A stretch of DNA of 64,000 bases from the NCBI GenBank assembly GCA_965200315.1, contig OZ241362.1:4192001-4256000 (forward strand). Direction: 5' to 3'. This stretch comes from Candidatus Latescibacterota bacterium. Its GTDB lineage: Bacteria; Latescibacterota; UBA2968; UBA8231. Under the pieces are notes generated by a model that saw nothing but the letters and a program-made list of their open reading frames with translations, made no database searches and was not told the DNA's origin. Shown here one piece after another: positions 58,650 to 64,000 of the stretch. How positions within the stretch are numbered: position 1 is the first letter of the stretch; each line of letters starts with the position of its first letter. The position numbers were made by a program, and so were the translations under genes.

Positions 58650-61600
58650 CTAATAGGCTACCGCGATAAGGTGGGATTGCCGTTGTCCGGCGCTGTCTTC
58701 GGCGTCGGTGTCCACGTCGATCTGGCAGATGTAGAGCCCGGGTGGCACGACGCGGCCGTGGTCGTCCTTGCCGTCCCAAGTAAAGCGCTGGTGCCCGCCT
58801 TGGGCCGTGCCTTCTAGCAGGCGCATGGGCCGGCCGTCGAGTGCCCAAATGCGGACGGCAGCCGGTCGCTCGGCATAGACCTTGAACAGCGAGAACTCGA
58901 TTTGGGCCACGTCGTTTACGAGGTCGCCGTTGGGCGTGAAGGGATTGGGCGCGACCGAGATGTCGGCGACGATCTGCACGGCACCGAGCGCGGCGATCGA
59001 CAGGGTTTGCGAGGGGCGCAGCGCGGTGGCGTCAGCGGCGTCGGCGGGCTGATAGGGCGTGTCGGCCGCTTGGTTGCGCACCGCCACCTTTAGCTTGGTG
59101 CCGTGGAGAAATACCTTGGCCGCAAAGCGCAGGCGCACGAGTTGGCCGTGGCCGACGACCCATCCTCTGGCACGGCCTAGCCGGCCGTACTGGGCCGCGC
59201 TGAGCGTGTCGCCGGCCTCGTCGAAAAGCGTCTGGGTCCCCAAACCTACGACCTTGCGGAAGTAGCGCACGGGCCCTTGGGATTCGGGCGGCAGCTCGTC
59301 GTAGGCCGCTTGATCCACTTCCACTAGCTCCTCTCCGGCAATGCGGAAGTAGCGCACCGCGCCGCGTACCGCGTCTGAGAGCAGGGCATGCGAAGTCGCC
59401 GTCAGGAGCTGGCCGTCGATGCTGGTGGGCACTTCCTCGCCATCGGCTGCCGTGCGGAAGTATAGCTGCGGTAGTTCGTCGGTGTCGCTGAGGGCAACTT
59501 CCGGGAGGCGCACTAGGAGCGAGTCGCCTTGCAGCATCTGGCCGTCGGTGCTTGCCAAGTCCAAGAGCGATTGCGGTGCTCCAGATGCAAACTGTTCCTC
59601 GGTGCCTATTGCCACATCGATAAGCTGCATGTCGAGGCCCGGATCGGCGCTGATGAGCATCTCGTCGAACCCGAGGCTGCGGACCGAAGTGGGCCGCTCT
59701 AAGAACTGAGGTTGGACGAAGACCTCGAAGGTGTCCAGAACCCCCACTTGGGCCTCGGGCGGCCAGACTTCGGCTCGCAGTCCGAGAGCGACGGGAGTGT
59801 GTAGCTCTACGGAGATGCGCTCTAGCGCTGGTGCAATATGGCGGTCTTCGCTGAGCAGGCGGGCCTGGATTTGCATGAACTTGCGCAGGCTGGGCGACGT
59901 TACTTGGTCGCCGGGTTGCTGGTACTGCTGGCTCCAAGCACTCCAGCCTGGGCCTATTGCGAAGGACGTGTCGATTGGCCCTTTGAGGAAGGCGAGGAGT
60001 TTCTTGTGCTCGGCCGCGGTCTTTTCGATGCCATTGCTGTCGTAGAAGCGTATCTGCTGGATGAGTTGGTCGCCGGTGCGGGTGCGAATCTCGACCTTGG
60101 TGCCCGGAGGCGTGTCGGCCTTCCAGTCGATACTGCCCAAGGTCAACAGCCGAGGCAACTCAATCAGATCGGATTGCAGTTCGATTTCCGCGGGTACACC
60201 TTCGGCAAACAGCATGAGTTCGTTGAACTGAGGCCAGAAGCGGTCGGTGCGGTTTTGGGTGTCGCCGATGAAATTGGCCAAGGTCAACAGGTCGAGGAAG
60301 CGCACCTTGCGCACGGGGTTTTGCACATCGTTGAGGTAGCCAAAGAATCCGTGATCGACGTTGGTTACTCGCTCCGGCGGGGTGATGGTGCGCCAGCGCA
60401 GCTTGCCTTGGGCGTCGCGTTCCCCGGTGGACGACCGCATCTGATAGCCGCGGATATTACTACCAGTGACGCGGATTTGGTCCAGCCACACCGTACCGCC
60501 GATGTCGATGGTCAGCACGTTGGCACCTGGGTCGAGGGGGTCTCGGGTGGGTTGCTGATAACGGCTGCTGATATCCCCGTCGAAAGCCGGGGACGGCGTC
60601 TTGCCGGCCGAGGTCAGATTCAAAGTGCCGCCCCCTCCGACTAGGCCGAGGCTGATGTTGTCTCCCCACCCCCACACTTCGACCTCGGCTAGGCGCGGCA
60701 ATTCTCGGCGATAGAATTCTCGCCGTCCGCGGCGCTCCTCCTCCAAGGACTCGTAGGTCTCGGCGTCCACCGGCTCTTCGCGGCCGGCGAAGTCGCGCAC
60801 GAAGTGGACGATGTCGCCGCGTTCATGCGCGGGCAACGCCTCCCATGCGGCTTGGTCGATCTGCTCGGCCCGCCCGCCGCGTGTGTCGGTAATTACGATG
60901 CGGATGGTTTCGATGACCTTGCCGGTCCAAGCCGGGTCGGCACTGCTTTGGTGCAGTTTCTTGACACTGCTGATCCCGCCGGCGGAAACTACGAGGCCGG
61001 GGTTGACCGGGGGCGCAAGGGTTGCTCCCCCAGTTGCGGCGGCACTTTCAAAGAAGAAGGCGCGCTGCTCGGTATTGGGGCCTTCGTGGGGGACGAACAG
61101 CTCAAAGCTAACCTTGCGATCATCGGTAAGCGATAGTGTCTGGTTCCGGGCCAAGAGGAGGAGGTACTTGAAGAACGGATCGCCCAGCCCTTCTTCGACG
61201 AAGCGCACGGAAATGCCCTCCACGGGCACGGCGCGGCCCAGATCGACCTCGACCCACCACTGCTCGATGGGGTCGGCTGGGTCGGGCTCCCAGAAGGTAG
61301 TGGGATCGCCATCTACGATGCGGGCCGCCATCTCGATGTTGGAGCCTGCGCGGCTGACCCCGGGGCGCACGATATAGTCGTACACGAATTTTTTCTGGGC
61401 GTCTTGGATGGGTTGGCCGAGCACATCTACTTTCAGGGTGCTATCCACATTGAGGATGCGCGGGGCTTTGTTGGTGATTACGACCGGACGGGCGATGCTG
61501 GGATCGGCGAGGACGTTGTAAATCGAGCGCAGGTGGCGCGGACGCACCGCGCCCGAGGGGTCGATAGTGGTCAGGTGTTCGGGTTTTTTCCAGTGCTCCC

Positions 61601-61721
61601 AGTGGCTGCGCCCGGTGACGACGATGCGGTCGTCCACGATGTCGTACCCTTGCTGTGCGCTGGCTGGCAGCCACGCCCCCAACAGGCAGTACGCGATGGC
61701 ACCCCATTTTATTTTTGCCAC
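58650..61721 (-). CDS. Large secreted protein with discoidin-like domains, internal repeats and TPNGD/FlgD-Ig CTD
   Basis: DGDPTTFW..WWVEVDLG, PNPFTPNGDLVND, WDGKD...PPGLYI. Confidence 0.7.
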   Translation of the reverse strand: MAKIKWGAIAYCLLGAWLPASAQQGYDIVDDRIVVTGRSHWEHWKKPEHLTTIDPSGAVRPRHLRSIYNVLADPSIARPVVITNKAPRILNVDSTLKVDVLGQPIQDAQKKFVYDYIVRPGVSRAGSNIEMAARIVDGDPTTFWEPDPADPIEQWWVEVDLGRAVPVEGISVRFVEEGLGDPFFKYLLLLARNQTLSLTDDRKVSFELFVPHEGPNTEQRAFFFESAAATGGATLAPPVNPGLVVSAGGISSVKKLHQSSADPAWTGKVIETIRIVITDTRGGRAEQIDQAAWEALPAHERGDIVHFVRDFAGREEPVDAETYESLEEERRGRREFYRRELPRLAEVEVWGWGDNISLGLVGGGGTLNLTSAGKTPSPAFDGDISSRYQQPTRDPLDPGANVLTIDIGGTVWLDQIRVTGSNIRGYQMRSSTGERDAQGKLRWRTITPPERVTNVDHGFFGYLNDVQNPVRKVRFLDLLTLANFIGDTQNRTDRFWPQFNELMLFAEGVPAEIELQSDLIELPRLLTLGSIDWKADTPPGTKVEIRTRTGDQLIQQIRFYDSNGIEKTAAEHKKLLAFLKGPIDTSFAIGPGWSAWSQQYQQPGDQVTSPSLRKFMQIQARLLSEDRHIAPALERISVELHTPVALGLRAEVWPPEAQVGVLDTFEVFVQPQFLERPTSVRSLGFDEMLISADPGLDMQLIDVAIGTEEQFASGAPQSLLDLASTDGQMLQGDSLLVRLPEVALSDTDELPQLYFRTAADGEEVPTSIDGQLLTATSHALLSDAVRGAVRYFRIAGEELVEVDQAAYDELPPESQGPVRYFRKVVGLGTQTLFDEAGDTLSAAQYGRLGRARGWVVGHGQLVRLRFAAKVFLHGTKLKVAVRNQAADTPYQPADAADATALRPSQTLSIAALGAVQIVADISVAPNPFTPNGDLVNDVAQIEFSLFKVYAERPAAVRIWALDGRPMRLLEGTAQGGHQRFTWDGKDDHGRVVPPGLYICQIDVDTDAEDSAGQRQSHLIAVAY

Positions 61722-61733
61722 GATGGCACCTCC

Positions 61734-63338
61734 TTACAGGCGCTCGGCGAACAAGGCGACTTGGCTTTCGCGCTCGGCGCGCAGGCGTTGGATGAGCGCG
61801 TCCATGAGCGCGTCCCGACGCCTTGCTTCCAAGATGCCCCGCGCTCGCGCTCGCGCTTGGGCAAAAGGTTGGATGTCGCCGCCTTCTTTCTGGCGTACCC
61901 GGAATACGGCAAATTGGTCTAGCACCGCCACTGGCCCACCCCATTCGCCGATCTCTGCGGCAAAGGCCGCATCTACAAGCTGAGGATAGCGCGCCCGCAC
62001 CACCTTGCGCAGGCGCAGTGCTCCGTCGTCGTGCGGGTCGCCGTGGGTTTCGACGCTTGGCCGGGCCAACAGCTCGGCGACGCTGCTGCCGTTTGCGAGG
62101 GCGTCGCGCAACGCTTGGGCCTGCTCGCGGGTGGGCGCGAGGAGCTGGTTGATGTGGACGGATTCAGCCGTGCGGAAGCGCGTCTTGTTGGCCTCGTAGT
62201 ACGCGGCGACTTCCTCTTCGCTGGGGATGGCCTTTGTCGCTGTTTCTGCCTTGGTGAGCTGCTGCAAAACGAGAGCTTTGCGCTTGCGCTCGCGCCACTC
62301 GGCGAATTCGGCCTCTCGATCCCATCCGCGCTGCTGGGCGCCCGCGGTCATCAGATAGGCTGGCAAGAGCGCGGCATGGGCTAGCGAGACGACTTGGGCG
62401 CTGTCTTGCAACGCGCCCCGGAAGCCGACGGCGCGCAGGTCGTGGAGGCATTCGCCCAAGGAAATCGCTCCGCCGTCAAAGCGGTAGAGCGGAAGCGCGG
62501 CGAGCGAATCGGAGAGATTCGGCGCGGCGAGCAAGGCTTGTAGGCCCTCGTGATTCAACTGGAGATTCAAGGAGCGGCTCAAGGTTTCCACTTCGATTTG
62601 CCGGCGGCTCTGCCACTTTTCGCGGTGCGCCGCGCTGGCGGCTTCTTCGGCGTAGTCGGCCTTGTCGGCTGTTCGGTCTTCGACAAAGCGGTAAATCTGC
62701 CAGCCGCCCGCCAGTGCCAGCGGCTCGGCGATTTGGCCGACCGGGAGGGAGAGGAATATCTGCGGCGGAATGGCGAGGCGCTGCGCTTGGGTGCGCCCGA
62801 TCCAACCGACGACTCCGTCGCCCTGTGGGGCGAAAAGGTCGTTGGCCGCAAAGCGCTGCGCTAGTTCGGCAAAAGGCTGGCCCTCGTGCAGTGCCCGCAA
62901 CACGCGGTCCACGTCTTGTTGCTGCCGCACCAGAATTCGCGCCAAGAGCCGCTCGCGGTCAAAGCCCATATCGACGAAGGTGCGCTCGATTTCCTCGGGT
63001 GTTACCGCGACTTGGGGAGCGAGCACTTCGGCTTGGTAGCGCTGGGAGAGCTGCTTGCGGACGAGGGCGTTTAGCTGGTAGCGGACCTCGTTGCTTTGCT
63101 CGATTCCCCTAGCGCGGGCCTCTTGTAGCAGCAGTTCCTGATCGACGAAGGACTGTAGGTAGTCGCGTGCGTCCTCGCTTTGCAAGCCGGGCGGCAAGCG
63201 CTCGACAAAGCGCAGGTACTCGGCTTTGGTGAGAGCCACGTCGCCGACTTGGGCCACGACTGGGTCGTCTGGTGTGCAGCCAAACAGGGCCAAGAGGGCG
63301 ACAGCGCACCCGAGGGAGCGGAAAGTAGCGAAAAACAT
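61734..63338 (-). CDS. PpiC/SurA-type peptidyl-prolyl isomerase lipoprotein (two rotamase-like domains)
   Basis: Lipobox LFGC, VAQVGD, ELLLQEARARGI, PFAELAQRF, EVAAYYEANK. Confidence 0.75.
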   Translation of the reverse strand: MFFATFRSLGCAVALLALFGCTPDDPVVAQVGDVALTKAEYLRFVERLPPGLQSEDARDYLQSFVDQELLLQEARARGIEQSNEVRYQLNALVRKQLSQRYQAEVLAPQVAVTPEEIERTFVDMGFDRERLLARILVRQQQDVDRVLRALHEGQPFAELAQRFAANDLFAPQGDGVVGWIGRTQAQRLAIPPQIFLSLPVGQIAEPLALAGGWQIYRFVEDRTADKADYAEEAASAAHREKWQSRRQIEVETLSRSLNLQLNHEGLQALLAAPNLSDSLAALPLYRFDGGAISLGECLHDLRAVGFRGALQDSAQVVSLAHAALLPAYLMTAGAQQRGWDREAEFAEWRERKRKALVLQQLTKAETATKAIPSEEEVAAYYEANKTRFRTAESVHINQLLAPTREQAQALRDALANGSSVAELLARPSVETHGDPHDDGALRLRKVVRARYPQLVDAAFAAEIGEWGGPVAVLDQFAVFRVRQKEGGDIQPFAQARARARGILEARRRDALMDALIQRLRAERESQVALFAERL

Positions 63339-63557
63339 GCTGCTTGATTTAAGCAACGGCTCGGCGAGTGTCAAGTTTTTGCCCCTGCAACTAACTATAT
63401 GTAATTTTGCTTTTTAGATACTATTTCTCGTCCTTCCGCTCAGTACATGACCCCACGATCTTAGCTGGGAGCGTGGACGTTTCGCCTGCCTCAAGACGGC
63501 GGAGAAAACGCGTCTTCAGTAAGGCGAACCCACTCTCATTAATAGGGAATTGACCTA

Positions 63558-63982
63558 ATGAAATTTTTGCTTGGCAGCCTCATCGGCTTCGTGTTGAGCA
63601 TGAGTGTCGGCGCGGAGCCACTGCTTGAGGGCTGGGCGCGGCTGTCGTCTGGGGCTATGGGCTGACCGCTTCGGGTCAAGGTTTGGTCGCGTATGTGGAC
63701 CCGGCCTTTCGGGTGGGGATGAGTACGGCTTCTATCGTGGTTGAACCCGCTGCCGGTGCGCCGCGGATGAAGCTTGCGGCGGGCGGCGTCTTGGGTGATG
63801 TGAACAACGATGGCCGGGTCAATAGTGCCGACGCGGTGCTCCTCATCCTATACCTCAGTGATCCATTCGATCCCACGTTGCCGTTGCAGCTCGGACGGAC
63901 CGAGGTGTCGTTAGGGAGTTCGATAGCGGCTTCATTACCGGTAGGGGCCGTGGAACTGTATGTAATTCTTGGCTTTATTTGA
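63558..63982 (+). pseudogene. Remnant of a secreted dockerin-containing protein
   Basis: Signal-peptide ORF 63558-63665 stops early. A downstream fragment carries GDVNNDGRVNSADAVLL. Confidence 0.45.
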
Positions 63983-64000
63983 TTAGACGCCATCCCATAA

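Noticed and set aside
43037-58848. Long N-terminal extensions of ORFs 43037-44410 and 55972-58848, and numerous overlapping short ORFs
   Set aside because: GC-rich shadow frames overlapping better-supported genes, with no recognisable motifs.

Overview
GC-rich bacterial chromosome window. Gene content suggests an FCB-superphylum organism, probably Latescibacterota/Gemmatimonadota-like and possibly a sponge symbiont. This is inferred from six PhyH dioxygenases, FlgD-Ig/TPNGDG C-termini and a C-terminal WGRIK motif. From left to right: (1) the start of a type I-D CRISPR-Cas operon (cas6, cas10d with an internal cas11d start, partial cas7d) with a divergent WYL regulator and no array in the window; (2) cspA, an RRM protein, a decayed ABC pair, a K+/H+ antiporter, tRNA-Glu, glcB and catabolic enzymes; (3) aspS preceded by an unannotated Asn-rich leader peptide with complete attenuator geometry, next to a vapBC module; (4) a nonsense-disrupted LbtU-like porin, oxidoreductases and a DUF4160/DUF2442 toxin-antitoxin pair; (5) a type III R-M cassette inserted between two ABC exporter genes with a long target duplication; (6) a sugar ABC transporter; (7) a ~17 kb minus-strand cluster of secreted TPNGDG/FlgD-CTD proteins interleaved with paralogous acidic-repeat beta-barrel-like proteins, a TPR glycosyltransferase and a PPIase, possibly an undescribed secretion/surface-display system. 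All calls come from motif recognition by eye; no searches were run.
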